Assembly: GCF_004010195.1 (NCBI RefSeq)
Contig: NC_057711.1
Span: forward strand, 29,732,637-29,796,636
Origin: Chiloscyllium plagiosum
Lineage: Eukaryota
DNA length: 64,000 nucleotides
Direction of reading: 5' to 3'
Part shown: one piece after another, positions 1 through 13,329 of the stretch
How the letters are laid out: every line of letters starts with the position of its first letter
How positions within the stretch are numbered: the first letter of the stretch is position 1
Translations under genes and position numbers: made by a program
The notes under the pieces: model-generated
Database searches by the model: none
The model's input: only the letters and a program-made list of their open reading frames with translations
What the model was told of the DNA's origin: nothing

Positions 1-807
1 CATTGAAAGCATAAAATAAAAGTACACAGTTAGCATTGTTAGTAATGCTTGCCTTGTCATCTACTTGGGATGAATTTCTGCTGTCCCTCACAACTACCCC
101 AGTAGCATCTGCCATTGTTGTTCCACCATCTTCCTGGCTAGGTGCTCGATTCCAACTAACTTGACAGCTCCTTCCTTTTGTAGTCACCTTTTTTTAAAAT
201 CCACTTAATATCAACACATTCAAAGAGTGAGCTCTAGTTATATAACGAACCCCTAGGGGTGTGTTCACTTTGGCTCTCTAATAAAGTCTGCCTCATTACA
301 CATCACCACCAAATCCAGAATTACCTATTCCCTACAGGGCTCTGCACTGAGCAGAGATGTTCCACAAATTCTTTGTTTTGCTACCAACCTTCTTCCAGTC
401 CACCCATATATTTGAGTCTCCCATGATTATTGTAACTGTGCCTTGCATGCCTCTACTTTCTCCTACTTTTGGCTTCTCCCACCCTCCCATTCCTAACTAT
501 GACTAGGAGGCCAATATATAACTCATCAGTCTTTTATCCTCCCCTCCACCCATATTTTCCCTTCTGACTCTATATTGTTTGCTATTAACTTGAACAAACC
601 CAGGCTTTGCATCTGTCATCACCTTTCTTTTCCTATATGATGGTTCCTCCCTCCATCCCCCTTGTTATGCCCTTGTTATGCTCCAGTCCCAGCATAATTC
701 AGGTGACATTCACCCCACTAGAACCATAATGTCTGCCAGACTTCAGCTGAAAGACTATTTCTTGCGCTCTCATTCATCAAGCCCTAAATATGTCTTCGTT
801 CTTGCAG

Positions 808-918
808 TCATTTCTCCTGCAGCGCTACATGTCTTATAAAGAAGAGGATCTGATTCCTGTGATGGAACACATTGCTAAGAATGTTGTGAAAGTCAATCAA
901 GGTCTCACCAAACATGTG
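808..918 (+). CDS. ccnb1: Cyclin B1 copy A, penultimate coding exon (gene begins upstream of window)
   Basis: cttgcag|tca...catgtg|gtaagt, 111 nt, phase 0/0. Encodes [37 protein letters not shown], matching the cyclin B1 C-terminal cyclin fold (human [37 protein letters not shown]). Confidence 0.93.
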
Positions 919-3017
919 GTAAGTGTATATTCCAACTGTACACTGCTTCCTGTCACTGCCTGAAAAGGCAAATGTGCAAGTTGTTTTTGAAATCCAAAAA
1001 TTGAAGTTGGTAATTTCTCAAACTTCACTAAACTGTGAAACCATAGTGTGGTGAATAAGGTTTGACTCTTGCAGATGGTATCATGGTGCTTGGTTATTAA
1101 AGACCACTTACTTTAATGAAAACCTTTTTACAAAGTGGCTTTTGTGCTCCAGTTTAACAAATGTTATAAACTAGTATCTAATTCCTTCTCCGATGCCCAT
1201 CTTAGAGAAATCGCTTCTATCTCCTAATGGCCACTTATAAAATTATCCTTGGACTCCGTGACACATTTTTTTTTTTTTTCCCAACCAACTAACTTGGCTA
1301 GTATGGTTCTCTTGAGATTTAATGGCCTTCTGAAATTAACAAAATACTTGATTTCTCCTGAACTAAAATTTAAGTTTTTTTTGGCGATGTGAATGCTCTG
1401 TGCATTCACGAGTCCAGCTCAGCTGACTGAATTACTTCCCTTTCTTGTCCAATGTTCCAAATGATTTTCTACCCTTCTAAGGTTTTCAATTGAAACTATA
1501 GCTGTCTATGTATCCTACATCCAGCAGACTAGGACAACCTGGTTATAATGCAAGCCATTTTAGCCTATAGTAACTTTGCAAAATCCAATCTCTTCCCCTC
1601 TGTCTTCCTCCCCCTTTCTTCATCCTCCCCCCACCTCCCCTTCTTCTCCCTCTAACTTTACTATTACCAAGGTAACTGGATAAGTAAGGCTGTTCTCATA
1701 TCTATCATGCTGTATTCCCCTTTTCTGAATCATTTGAATCTTTTCTAGACACCTGTCGCCACCATCCTTTTGATGCTATACAATAGTAAACTATATATAG
1801 AGCCATTATGTAGTATGGAGTCCAGATTTGCCATGCTGTGATCTAGTACTTGCTTTAATTAGTCAAATTTTAGACTTGCAATATAGCCTTGTTGCACTAC
1901 TTAAACTGATGTCTAGGACTACTAGAGGCAGGTTTAGATTGAAGGCTTCTTTCCAGTGCCAATATTTCAATTTTGACACTTTCACCAGCAGTAGCCAGCA
2001 ATAGTGGATTAATGTGGCCTATTGTCCAAACCTAGTTATAAACACAGTGCACCTCCTTGTTTCAATGAGGATTTATGCTTCCACCCCACCCTGCCAAGTG
2101 AAGCGTTCAATACCATTCCTTTCTGTAAGGGCATTCAATCTTACTGTTGATTCAGGGAAACGAATCATTTCAGAAGCAAAATATTGTAGAAAGTTGAATA
2201 TCCAGATCTGGTATTAGTTAAGTCAGACTTTGTTCCTGTTCACCCCTTCATCTAGGCCCCTATAAATTTTTACACTTAAAGGGAGGTGATGGAGTTCAAA
2301 AGTAATAACCCCAACAAAGCCAATCTTTTTACTAAGCTTCTCCATGCCTGGCAACCAACTTCCTGTCACAGCTCACTTAATCACCCACCTTGACCAGAAC
2401 TGCTTAAACTGTGGCCTAACTAGCACTTTTTTTTTAGATCAAGCATAAATTAGCCACTCTTAACTCTGGCTAATGAGCCTTAGCCCTTTTTCCTCCACTT
2501 ACTCAGCCACCTCTTGAGGATCTACAGCATGCATCCCCCAAGTCATTCATTCTTCCTGTTTTCAGTACCCCATCATTACTGTGTTTGCTGACCCTTAATA
2601 CACTGCCTCACTTCTCTACATCGAATTGCATTTGTCATTAATTTTCTACTATGTAGCCATATCATGTCCCTCTTGCACTACACTAAATCATAGTGCCACA
2701 ATTATCGCCACCTTGATTCTTGCCCCACTGTCTATTTCTAGATCCCTTTTTTCTTTCTGACCAATCTGTCTTTGAACCTCTTTTGAGTCAAAGCCTTGCT
2801 AGACTTATTGGCCGATAATGGAATTGGATTTTCTAGAGTGCTGTGGCTTTGACTGGTATTATTGACCTGGAACAAACTGATATCGTACTGGAAGAAGCTA
2901 TTTATCAAGTGGTTGTGAAACTGACCATTAAAATGGAAACTTTCTCTGCAAATATGGTTCCAATATTATGGGTTAATACCATTTTGGCTCTAACTTTATA
3001 TTTGCTTTCTCTTTTAG

Positions 3018-3128
3018 ACTGTTAAGAATAAATATGCCAGTGGTAAACAAATGAAGATCAGCACTCTTCCACAGCTCAAGTCTGATGTGATACTCAACCT
3101 TTCAAAGCATTTAATCTTCCAGAAATAA
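3018..3128 (+). CDS. ccnb1: Cyclin B1 copy A, terminal coding exon
   Basis: tttctcttttag|act... encodes TVKNKYASGKQMKISTLPQLKSDVILNLSKHLIFQK* (TAA 3126-3128). Matches cyclin B1 TVKNKYA..K..KISTLPQL. Confidence 0.93.
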   Translation, partial: TVKNKYASGKQMKISTLPQLKSDVILNLSKHLIFQK

Positions 3129-3167
3129 CTTTTCTGAAAGTTTCTTCCTTGTAGAGTGATACTTGTC

Positions 3168-3250
3168 AGCACCATGTGCTACTGTAAATAACTGTAATTA
3201 TCTGTTTTATCTACTGACTTTCTTTACTAATAAAATTGATTTTTAAAATT
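3168..3250 (+). promoter_or_regulatory. Copy A 3'UTR translational control elements: PBE, CPE, poly(A) hexamer
   Basis: agcaccatgtgc block, TGTAAATA (Pumilio element UGUAHAUA, 3183-3190), TTTTAT (CPE, 3205-3210), AATAAA (3229-3234). This is the classic vertebrate cyclin B1 arrangement. Confidence 0.75.
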
Positions 3251-3599
3251 TCAGTTGCTGTCTAATATGGGTGTTAATTCACTAGTTAAAATATTGAGGT
3301 CTTGATCTCAATAAATCCATTTTGAGAACTGAACTCCAAATTTGGTTTGGCTTTTTCTGTTTATCAAAGTCTCAATCCTTGTGGTTACTTTCTTAAAAGC
3401 TGGTCTGAAATCCCATTTGTTTTCAATGATTAAACTACTATCTTTGAATCTAGTTCAGCATCTCCACATTTCTTTGAGAAACCAATCTCAATCTAATGAC
3501 TTAATTTTTTTTGGTTTAAATGGTTTGCCCTGGAAAGAATTTTTCTGGCTTTCGACCTTTTACTTTCCAGAGCAAACAGTTGATCTAAATTAACCAGGC

Positions 3600-3735
3600 C
3601 AGTATTTATCATTGGACTATTAATCCAGAGCCCCAGTTAACGTTCTGGGGGGCCAGTTCAAATTCCACTATGGCAGATAATTGACCTTGAATTCAATTTG
3701 AGGGGGTGGGTGGGAGACTAGTCTGATCATACCAT
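3600..3735 (+). mobile_element. Decayed tRNA-derived SINE, second family (aatccagag...gttcaaattcc...atggcagat)
   Basis: Same head recurs at about 41200-41500 and 51050-51545; B-box-like gttcaaattcc. Confidence 0.55.
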
Positions 3736-3997
3736 GGGCAGCACAGTGGTTAGCACTGCCTCAGCGCCAGAGACCTGAGTTCAATTCCTGCCTCACGCAA
3801 CTGTCTGTGTGGAGTTTGCACATTCTCACCATGTGTTGGTTTCCTCCAGGTGCTCAGGTTTCCTCTGCAGGTTAGGTGAATTGGCCATGCTAAATTGCCA
3901 GTAGTGTTAGGTGAAGGGGTACATGTAGGGGAATGGGTCTAGGTGGGTTGTGCTTCGGTGTGGACTTGGGCCAAAGAGCCTGTTTCCACACTAAGTA
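3736..3997 (+). mobile_element. tRNA-derived V-SINE (HE1-like shark SINE)
   Basis: gggcagcacagtggttagcactgcctcagcgccagagacctgagttcaattcc (A/B boxes), central ggccatgctaaattgcc, tail gcctgtttccacact. Several other copies in window. Confidence 0.85.
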
Positions 3998-4002
3998 ATT
4001 AT

Positions 4003-4080
4003 GGATGGTCTTGTGGTGCAGTGGTAGTATTCCTACTCCTGGACTTGAGGCACCCTGGTTCAAGTCCCACCTGCTTCAGA
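4003..4080 (+). mobile_element. tRNA-derived SINE head fragment
   Basis: A-box tggtgcagtgg and B-box ggttcaagtccc, but no closable cloverleaf; partial second copy at about 4156-4210. Confidence 0.5.
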
Positions 4081-6830
4081 AATGCATAAATATCTGAACA
4101 GGTTGATTTAGAAAATACCTCTACATTCCCTTTGTGCCTCAAGCCCCCTTATCTTTTAGCCTAGTGGTAGTGTCCCTGCATTTGAGCCAGGAGACCTAGG
4201 GTCCTACCTGCTCTGTACCTTAACAGGGTTTGTGGTTTTTAAGCAATTTTCCCTCTGGCCTTGGGTTTCAGGAAGTGATTTAGTTAAGTAACCCTTATCT
4301 ACCAAACTCCCAGGCAATAAACAATTTGCTTGTTCAGAATCTTTTCCCTACACTAACAACTCAATAGTTTAGTGTTGCCATTTTCAAAGTATCCTCTCCT
4401 TTTTGGATCAGGAGAGCAAAACTAAATGTAATGCTCCAGGTTAGGGCCTTCTCCAGGTTCTTTACAATCAAGGCATCTTTACTTTTTTTTTAAGACCAGC
4501 AACTACTTGTGGCACCTGTACACTAACTTGTTAGTACATGAACAGTACACCCAGGTCCCCTCAGCATTTATCATTCTTGGTCCTAGTCTACTAAAATACT
4601 TTTTTTTTCCTACTTTTTAAACACAATTCTGACTGCAATGTTTATAAACATGGCAATGATGCATCTAGTCTGCAGGAGTTTCCAACTCGTGTTGGAATGG
4701 TAATGTCCTTATCCTATGTCAAATAGTCACTGGTCTAGAAGATACTGCTGAAATCTTGTCAATTGTGGAGGGAAGTGAATCTTTTCAGGATGGTTTCAAA
4801 TAGAACTTAAAATTAATAATCAAATTGACATTTTGATTTGCTGGAATAAACTTAGCTTGCTACTTTTAATGAGCTATTGTATATCTTGGCTACAATTTTT
4901 TTAAAATAGTCTGGTGGACCTGAGCTAATCTAAGGATTTTCCTCTAGTTAGGGATACTAATATATTCCAGCAGTTTTAGCCTCTAATGTGAGTATCGGAT
5001 CACTAGGGCACTCTACTACTTTCAAATTGACTAAAGAATAGTGGTGGTCATCCTTTTTTTAATTAGTAAAAGGAGTTAAGCTGTTTTGTGAAATTTCAAG
5101 GCATAGTTGGATTGTGATTCTTAAACTGGTCCAGAATGCTTTTCCTGGTATACTTTTGAGGTTGTTTCTTGTATGCACATAATGTGTTAACTACAGGTAC
5201 TATATAGATGCTGAAAATCAAATTTAAAAAGAGAATGCTAAGGAAATTGCAACAGCTGAAGTGAGAATGTTAATGTTTCAAAGCTGATATGATTCCTTCA
5301 AGACTCTTACTGGACAAAGTGTTAACTGTTTCTATGCATTCATTACATGGTGCTAAAGGCACGCTTGATCATATAATGCAAAATCTGGTGTGACAGCTGA
5401 ACCCAAGTGAATATTTATTGTACACTGTTAGATTTGTCAGAACAATGGGTTCAAGGTTATGCAATTAAATCCAAAATACCAGTTGGTATGGATGTAATTT
5501 ATCTTTAGTGTTGAGTTTTCCTTGTCTGGGTTGTATCAAAGCTGCACCTACTCTGCTGACACTGATATTCTCTACTCTCAATCAAATAGGCTTCAATTGG
5601 GCAAACATTGCATTAAATAATCTGGGCTCAAGAAAATTGAATCCATATCCATATATTTGTTTTGAGTCAAAAATCTAAAGTTTCAACTTTACCACCTCTA
5701 GGCACACTTGGCCAAACATGTTTAAGGACTTCAGGCCAGGAAAGCTTTACTTCAGTGATCTTATCTGTCATTAAAATCCATCACAAGATAGGCAAAGATG
5801 TGATGAGGATTATTTTTAAATCAATGCAAAGTTGCAATTTAAAATCCATAATAGTACTTTCTGGTTGCACCTGAAGATCTGATTGCATCAGAAGAGATGA
5901 CTCTCACGGGGAGAACCGGTGAGGTAAATCTTTGGAAGGACAGAAAAAAAAATTGAGATTTGAGTATACAATGAAGCTACAAGACCAGAAGAAATAGGAA
6001 AAGGAAAGGGCCATTCAGCCCCTCAAGCATTCAACAGGATAATTGCTGATCTAACATTCCCCATGTCATGACTTGCAGGTATCGGCATTGTACTCAGGTG
6101 GGCAAAGTCCCTTAATGATCCCATATGTTTCAATGAGATTACATCTCATTCTTCTAGACTCCAGTGAGTAGAGTCCTAACTTGTTTCGCTTTTGTACATA
6201 AGACATCCCTCCATATCAGGAATCACAGCAAGTCAAAATCAGGTAAACTGAAACCGGTGTTAAAGTTGTCAACTGTTTCTGTCGAATGAACAGGAAATAC
6301 AATTGAAGGCTGCCAGTAACTATTCCAGCCCGTTAACTCCAGATTAGCCCAACAAATCTATGCTTGACACCACCAATTAGAACGGAGCTAGGCCACTCTT
6401 TGGCTTGACATCAGGGACAAGCTATTATTCGACGTTATGATCTCTCTAATACCATCCAAAAACAGCTAAACGTGAGAAAGTTAAAGTGATGCCAGTTGGA
6501 GACAAAGTGAAGTTGATGCAGTAAGTGGAGAACTATGTGGGTGAAGAGTGAACATTATTTAAGGAATGGGAAATTCCACCATGGAGTCTGTCATCCATTC
6601 TGAAACACATAAAAATCACAGCAGTTTGGGGAGCAGGCAATCTCACCAGCAAGGCAGAGGAGGAGAACGGATACCTATCGTGACATTGAAGAAGGTTTGC
6701 TTCATGATCTGTGGTATCTCAAGCAGAGATCGTTCCCATCTCCTATCCAATCCTGCAGGAATGTGGAGGCACCTTGGTAAAGAGTCTTGACCACAAGGAG
6801 TTCTGCGGCAACGGATGACTGGACCATTTA

Positions 6831-7053
6831 NNNNNNNNNNNNNNNNNNNNNNNNNNNNNNNNNNNNNNNNNNNNNNNNNNNNNNNNNNNNNNNNNNNNNN
6901 NNNNNNNNNNNNNNNNNNNNNNNNNNNNNNNNNNNNNNNNNNNNNNNNNNNNNNNNNNNNNNNNNNNNNNNNNNNNNNNNNNNNNNNNNNNNNNNNNNNN
7001 NNNNNNNNNNNNNNNNNNNNNNNNNNNNNNNNNNNNNNNNNNNNNNNNNNNNN
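6831..7053. other. Assembly gap
   Basis: Run of N. Confidence 1.
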
Positions 7054-7119
7054 AGTTATATCAGCAGTGACCGGCTGCTAAATGGTTACATCTACATTCT
7101 GAATAAGTGTGCACGAAGT

Positions 7120-8000
7120 CACATTTTTAACTTGCATGGCACCAGACTTTTACCACCTTTGCCCAGATCTGTCTTTAATGTTTAAAGTTAAATATATAAT
7201 GGTGGAAAGCGAAGCAAGGAATGGGTTATTGCTGTGGACTATGCCAAAAAGCCTGGCATTGAAAAGCTGCCACTTCTTGTGATAGGAAAGTCTAAGAAGC
7301 CAGGTTGCTTTGCGAATGTCAAGACACTACCACACAATATAAAACTAACATAACAGCCTGAATAACCTCCAGCATTTTTGAGGCACAAATCAGGAAAGTG
7401 GACAAACTTTATAAATAGAAACAAAGGAACATAATTATCAGAGAATAGAATCTCTACAGTGTGGAAACAAGCCACTTGGCCTAACAAGTCCACGCTGACC
7501 CTCCAAAGAGTATCCCACCTAGATCCATTCCCCTACCGTATTGCTCTCCATTTCCCACAACCAATCCACCTAACCTATACATCCCTCGACACTATGGGCA
7601 ATTTAGCATAGCCAATCCACCTAATATGCACATATTTGGACTGTGGGAGGAAACCAGAGCACTTGAAGGAAGCCTAAGCTGACACAGGATGAATGTGCAA
7701 ACTCCAGTTCGCACTACAGACAATTGCCCCATGCACCCTGTAATCACTCTCCTCAACAATATCAAGCTAATCTTGCCTCTAAACAACATGACCCAGCTCA
7801 AGCCAATGGATCAAGAGGTGACTATGAACTAAAAAACAACTAGCAATGGCAGCTGATTGCTCACGTTATTGAAACCATTGACTAAAAGCAGGGGTATAAT
7901 CTATCTGGTCGAGAGGCAATGTCATAATGAGAAGGATGTGGAAGATAGTGGCAGAAACCTCAATCAACAACTGCTTCTATTAAGTGGAGTTCAAACAGAT
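7120..8000 (+). mobile_element. Tigger/pogo (TIGD-like DDE_1) DNA transposon fossil, interrupted by a SINE
   Basis: Fragments GGKRSKEWVIAVDYAKKPGIEKLPLLVIGKSKKPGCFANVKTLP (about 7201-7335) and DNCPMHPVITLLNNIKLILPLNNMTQLKPMDQEV (about 7719-7820) match Tigger motifs GGKxSKER..EKLxxLVIGKSxxPRCF and DNxxAHP..LPPNxTSxLQPxDQG. Stops and frameshifts present. Confidence 0.85.
7450..7712 (-). mobile_element. HE1-like V-SINE fragment inserted in the Tigger fossil
   Basis: cagtgtggaaaca...gggcaatttagcat...tttggactgtgggaggaaacc is the reverse complement of the 3736 family. Confidence 0.8.
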
Positions 8001-9404
8001 GATATCTTCTGAAGACACAGTGAAAGAGCAGCAGAACGGCAAAACCAACCAACCCAATGACAAGGTTTCTTTCACTTGCCTGCCAAGGCCAACATGGAAA
8101 TTCTAGCAAAGACAACCACTGGAAACTTACACCAATGTGGGAGACACCATTCTCTGTACAACTGACAGATAAGGCAATCAGAGATGCATTACATTCTTCA
8201 TTTGAGAAGAGTCCCAAAGATGACTTCAAAAAGTCCAATGAAGAGCCCACTCACCTGCAGTTTCCATAACAGAAGCTGCAAAGGGATCTGGGATTTTACA
8301 ATGCAACACTAAAACATGGGTAACATGTTTCACTGCATTAGCAACCACACAGACTGTATCACACTCATCCCAAGGCAGCTCACTTCACTGAAAAAGTTTA
8401 CTGCGATTTTCCAATTGTTCTGATTGAAGCTGATATTATTACTGAACAAATCAGATTCTAGACTGAAATCTGGTTTAATAAATCTTTCTTTTTATTTTTG
8501 AGGTGGTCTTTCATTGAAATGCTGCAGATTTAATGATAACAATAAAGCAGAAGTTTATTATGCAAAAAATTAAATAAACCAATATAACATAATTCTGAAC
8601 GATTTAGAAACACATAGGAAAAATACAATCTATCCTAAAACCATTACATTACAGTATCTCAAACATCAGAGACAGTTTGCTCCCATATCATATCTTAAGT
8701 TTAATTTTACTATTTTTTTCAATCCCTGGCCTTGAGAATGGTAGCCACTTCCTTTATCAGTCACACAACTGAGCTTAGATTTTCTCAAGCCTCAAATATT
8801 CCTCTGGGTTCAAACCAAACACATTTGGTCTACAGCGTTCAAATAAAACATTTACATGGAGGTATGCTATTTCCTAACTAATCTGAACAAAATCCTTCTC
8901 TAGGAGAAACGTTTCATAGATTGACCTTCAAACAGGATTTCTGCAAAGTGTAAAATAAATGCTTTCCAAGCTATGGGTTTGTCCACTAACTAAACAAAAT
9001 AAAAATCCCGTTCCTTCTAAACTGAAAGCAAGCAAATGGTCCTCAGTGTTTACTCTGTCCATTAGTAAAACTGTCCCAATGCAAACAAATTCCCATTATC
9101 ACCCCAGGGATTCATGCTCTCATATGGACTTAAAGAAAATGGCTCTCAAATTCTAAGTCACAAAACAGTCAGGAAAAAATCCAGGATGTTCCTGCTGTAA
9201 CATCTTCATTTCCAAATACAGGTAACAATATATTATTGAACCGTCTTCACACTGCACATTCATTTTCAGTCCAACACATTTTTAAAATTAATATGGACAT
9301 CACTGAAAACAACATGGTCTTTGTTGTTATTTCTAAATGCTGTGTGGATGCTAGGCCTTCTACTTGAACTGAGTTGGCTTCTGAAAACATTTTATGCAAA
9401 TATA

Positions 9405-10170
9405 ACCCCACCATTTAAAAAAGGAGATATAGATAAAACAAAGAATTATAGATCAGTCATGCTAACAGCAGTAGGGAAAATGCTAGAGACTAAATAAAAT
9501 GTGGTAACAGAATATTTGGACAGCATTAACAGGATTGGACAAAACCAGCATGGATTTATGAATGGAAAATCATACTTTACAAATCTACTGGAATTTTTCT
9601 GAAGATGTATCTTGTAGAATAGAGAACCAGTGAATGTTGTGTACTTGGATTTTCAGAAGGATTTTGATAGGGTCCCTTGTAAGAGTTAGTGGGGAATGTT
9701 AAACTCAGTGGGATGAGAGGGGCTAATGCACAGATGACAGATAAATATTAGGTCGACAGAGAGAAAATTGGTAGTGGGAATAAATGAGTCTTTTTCTGAA
9801 TGGCAGGCAGTGCCTGTTGGGGTACTATCAGGATCAGTGCTTGGGCCCAGCTATTCATGATACCCATAAATGACTTGGATGAGGGAGGCAAATGCAACAT
9901 TCCCAAGTTTTCTAATGACACAAAACTGAGTGGGATTGTGAGTCGTGAGGAGGGTTCAAAGAAATTTCAGAGTGATTTAGACAAGTTGACTGAGTGAGAC
10001 AACACATAGCAGATTCATTATAACATGGATAAATGTGAAGTTATAGTGTGGAAAAGAAAGACCAAGTGCTATTTAAATGCCGATGTATTGGGAAGTGTGG
10101 ATGCACAAAGGGATCTGGGTGACTTGTATAACAGCCAATGAAATAGACAGGTAGGTGCAGCATGCTGTAA
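9405..10170 (+). mobile_element. CR1-type LINE RT fragment (decayed)
   Basis: QHGF..GKS..TNLLEF, YLDFQK.FD.VP, INDLDEG..KF.NDTKL motifs with disablements. Confidence 0.8.
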
Positions 10171-10587
10171 GTTAAAAAGAACATTCAAATGATTTTGTGG
10201 AAAGTGACGCGGAAGATTGCAACACAGATGTCTTGGAGAGTGACAATGTTTGTACACATTCACTCAGACCTGAATTATAGCCAGAGAGCTGGCCATCAAA
10301 AAAATACGAGGACCAGGGAGAATTTTTAAAATGTTTTAATGTGGTTTAAATATTACTGGCGTTCTTTTTGTGCCATCTGACTCTTTCATTATCTACATCT
10401 TAATTGTTACTCACGTCGCACAACTCCATTCGATAAAAACCAAAAGAGAAAATGCTGGAAAATCTCAGCAGCCTGCCGGTCTCAACATTGAATTCAACAA
10501 CTTCAGATGATTGTCCCACCTCGACCCCTCTGTTTTCATTCTGCTCTGTAATTTTATTTCTTTTTATATAAAGTTTTTTCACTGTTC

Positions 10588-11088
10588 NNNNNNNNNNNNN
10601 NNNNNNNNNNNNNNNNNNNNNNNNNNNNNNNNNNNNNNNNNNNNNNNNNNNNNNNNNNNNNNNNNNNNNNNNNNNNNNNNNNNNNNNNNNNNNNNNNNNN
10701 NNNNNNNNNNNNNNNNNNNNNNNNNNNNNNNNNNNNNNNNNNNNNNNNNNNNNNNNNNNNNNNNNNNNNNNNNNNNNNNNNNNNNNNNNNNNNNNNNNNN
10801 NNNNNNNNNNNNNNNNNNNNNNNNNNNNNNNNNNNNNNNNNNNNNNNNNNNNNNNNNNNNNNNNNNNNNNNNNNNNNNNNNNNNNNNNNNNNNNNNNNNN
10901 NNNNNNNNNNNNNNNNNNNNNNNNNNNNNNNNNNNNNNNNNNNNNNNNNNNNNNNNNNNNNNNNNNNNNNNNNNNNNNNNNNNNNNNNNNNNNNNNNNNN
11001 NNNNNNNNNNNNNNNNNNNNNNNNNNNNNNNNNNNNNNNNNNNNNNNNNNNNNNNNNNNNNNNNNNNNNNNNNNNNNNNNNNNNNNNA
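10588..11088. other. Assembly gap (may hide the first exon or promoter of cyclin copy B)
   Basis: Run of N; an HE1-like SINE head (- strand) follows at 11089-11206. Confidence 1.
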
Positions 11089-12192
11089 AACCCATGCAGA
11101 CACTGGGAGAATGTGCATACTCTACATAGTCACTGAGCTGAAATTGAACCCAGGTCCCTGGTGCTGTGAGGCAGCAGTGCTAACTGCTGAGCCACTGTGC
11201 TGCCCATCTTGAGGTGCTGATTTGCCTCTTACAACAAGCAATTGTAGTAACTATTCCAATGTTGATTGCTTCTTGACAGGATTATCATAATTTATTGATT
11301 AAAGCAAGCTCTGCCTTCACCAAAACCCCACATTTAACATTATTAACATTTCATCCTATTTTGACATTTTTAAAAATGTCAACAGGCCTGGATGATCAAC
11401 CTAGCAATTGAGTAACTGAAACTTGCCAGATGTTATAGCGGGGCACTTACAAAAGTCCAAGAAAATCAGGCAGAGTCAATATGGTTTTGTGAAAGGGTAA
11501 TTGTGCTTGTCCAATTTACTGGAGTTTTTTTAATACTATGCCTGCTTTCATTAAGAAATAGGGCATTGAGACTAATTGTGCAAACACTTGACAAAGCTGA
11601 ATCTTGTTTGGAGGGGATGGCTCTTCAACTACTGGAAATAATGGCAAAAGGCTCAGTGGTCTAGTCTCTAGAACTCCTCCATACTGTATTTGGGCTAGGC
11701 TTCAGGTGTTGTCAAGTGCTGCATTGTTGATTTACAACACAAGGTTCAAACTACTGAATTTTTTTTGTAAAATGTACTGCACTTGTAGGAGAGCAGGAAG
11801 CTCTGTGTTACTGTGGTTCTTGTTCTCTTGACAAAAATAGTCCATAAAAGTCTCCTAATGGAGACACAATATTTACAAATTCTTGATTGCACAAGTGATT
11901 ACTCACTGACATGCATATGATTTTGGACCTTTTCAATTTCTACCTAATTTCATAAACTGATTTCATATTCTTTGTTACAGATGCTTTTGTTGGATATGGG
12001 TTATCCTAATGGTGCGAACAGCTCTTATTAATGCTCTAGATTCCGTCTGGTTTCTGTATTATTCTTGGCTGACATTATTCCTGTCCTTTATAGTAATATT
12101 TGATTCAGAATACCATGTCTCATTAAAAATCATCAATCTTATTACTGACAAGAAGAGTTTCTTAAACAAGAGTTCCTGTTATGCAGTAAGGC

Positions 12193-12620
12193 ATAGAGTC
12201 AGATGTACAGCACAAAAACAGACCCTTTGGTACAACTCATCCATACTGACCAGATATCCTATTTTTGCCAAAATTTGGCCCATCTCCCTCTAAACCCTTC
12301 CTATTCCTATACCCAGGAGAAAGTGAGGACTGCAGATGCTGGAGATCAGAGCTTGAAAAATATGTTGTTGGAAAAGCGCAGCAGGTCAGGCACCATCCAA
12401 GGAGCAGGAGAATCGACGTTTCAGGCATAAGCCCTTCTTCTGGAATGAGGGGTATTGGTATTCATATACCCATCCAAGTTCCTTTAAATGTTGTAATTGT
12501 ACCTGCCTCCATCACTTCCTCTGGCAGCTCATTCCATACACTCGCCACCCTCTGTGTGAAAAATTTGCCCCTTGGATCCCTTTTTAAACCCCCCCTCCCC
12601 CCCCCCCCCCTAAGATCTGT
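12193..12620 (-). mobile_element. CR1 3' tail interrupted by a Penelope-tail insertion
   Basis: catagagtc...acagaccc...cccatccaa...tggcagctcattccataca matches the CR1 tail repeated at 23244, 35737 and 45528. Confidence 0.8.
12316..12458 (-). mobile_element. Short Penelope-tail insert with degenerate hammerhead core and 14-bp TSD
   Basis: Flanked by tattcctataccca (12302-12315) and tattcatataccca (12459-12472). Minus strand reads attcCAGAAGAagggcttatgcctGAAACGTCgatt. Confidence 0.75.
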
Positions 12621-13329
12621 GCCCTCTGCTTTTGCGCAAAGCCATGTTGACTAACCCTAATCAGTCCTTGCCTTTCCAAGTACACGTAAATCCTGTCCCT
12701 CCGGATCCCCTCCAATAATTTGCCCACCTCTTGTTTTATACCGGGCATATAAATTATTTAAACAATCTTTTAATCAAAATAAATGTCCTGCCTCAGATCT
12801 TGTTACATTTTGCATTTTGTTTGCACTTTAATCTCATGTGCAACCTCTTCTGTGTATTGATTAATACACATGAAGTCTCAAATAGATGTTGGCAAGTGGA
12901 AACACCTTTTTTTGCTTTAAGTCCTCTTATTGCTTGCTTGTATTAAAGTATTTTGAGTAAAAGTTTACATTAGGTCGTGCATATTTGTAGAAATAGTTTA
13001 ATGTTGAAACATCGCAAGGTGTTTCACTGGCTGATCAGACAAAAATCTGAGTTTGTGACTGGTAGTCCAAACAGGTCAGTGAGTTTTCATAAATCGTGAT
13101 GTGATAGCAACTTGTAAACTAGACTGCAAGTTGCATTAACTATACAGTGAAAGATTTAGAAGTGGCTCTTAAAACAAAACTCTAATATTAACTATAGCCT
13201 TGTGTCTACACTTTTATCAATACTTTCAGTCTACACTTAAAACTATCTCAATAACTACAGTATTTTCTTTCTAGATTACCCAATTTTCTGTTAGTGCAGC
13301 AGATATTTAAGTTACAAAATTGTCAAACA

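Noticed and set aside
4003-4080. tRNA gene candidate
   Set aside because: A/B boxes are present but there is no acceptor/anticodon stem pairing; SINE head.
6787-11212. Long ORFs at 6787, 6815, 10400, 10511, 10579 (also 62350, 62489, 62493)
   Set aside because: Length comes from N runs; artefacts of assembly gaps or antisense to the PLE RT.
11981-12000. Acceptor-like ttgttacag|atg as the missing first coding exon of cyclin copy B
   Set aside because: No resemblance to a cyclin B N-terminus and only a weak donor; unsupported.
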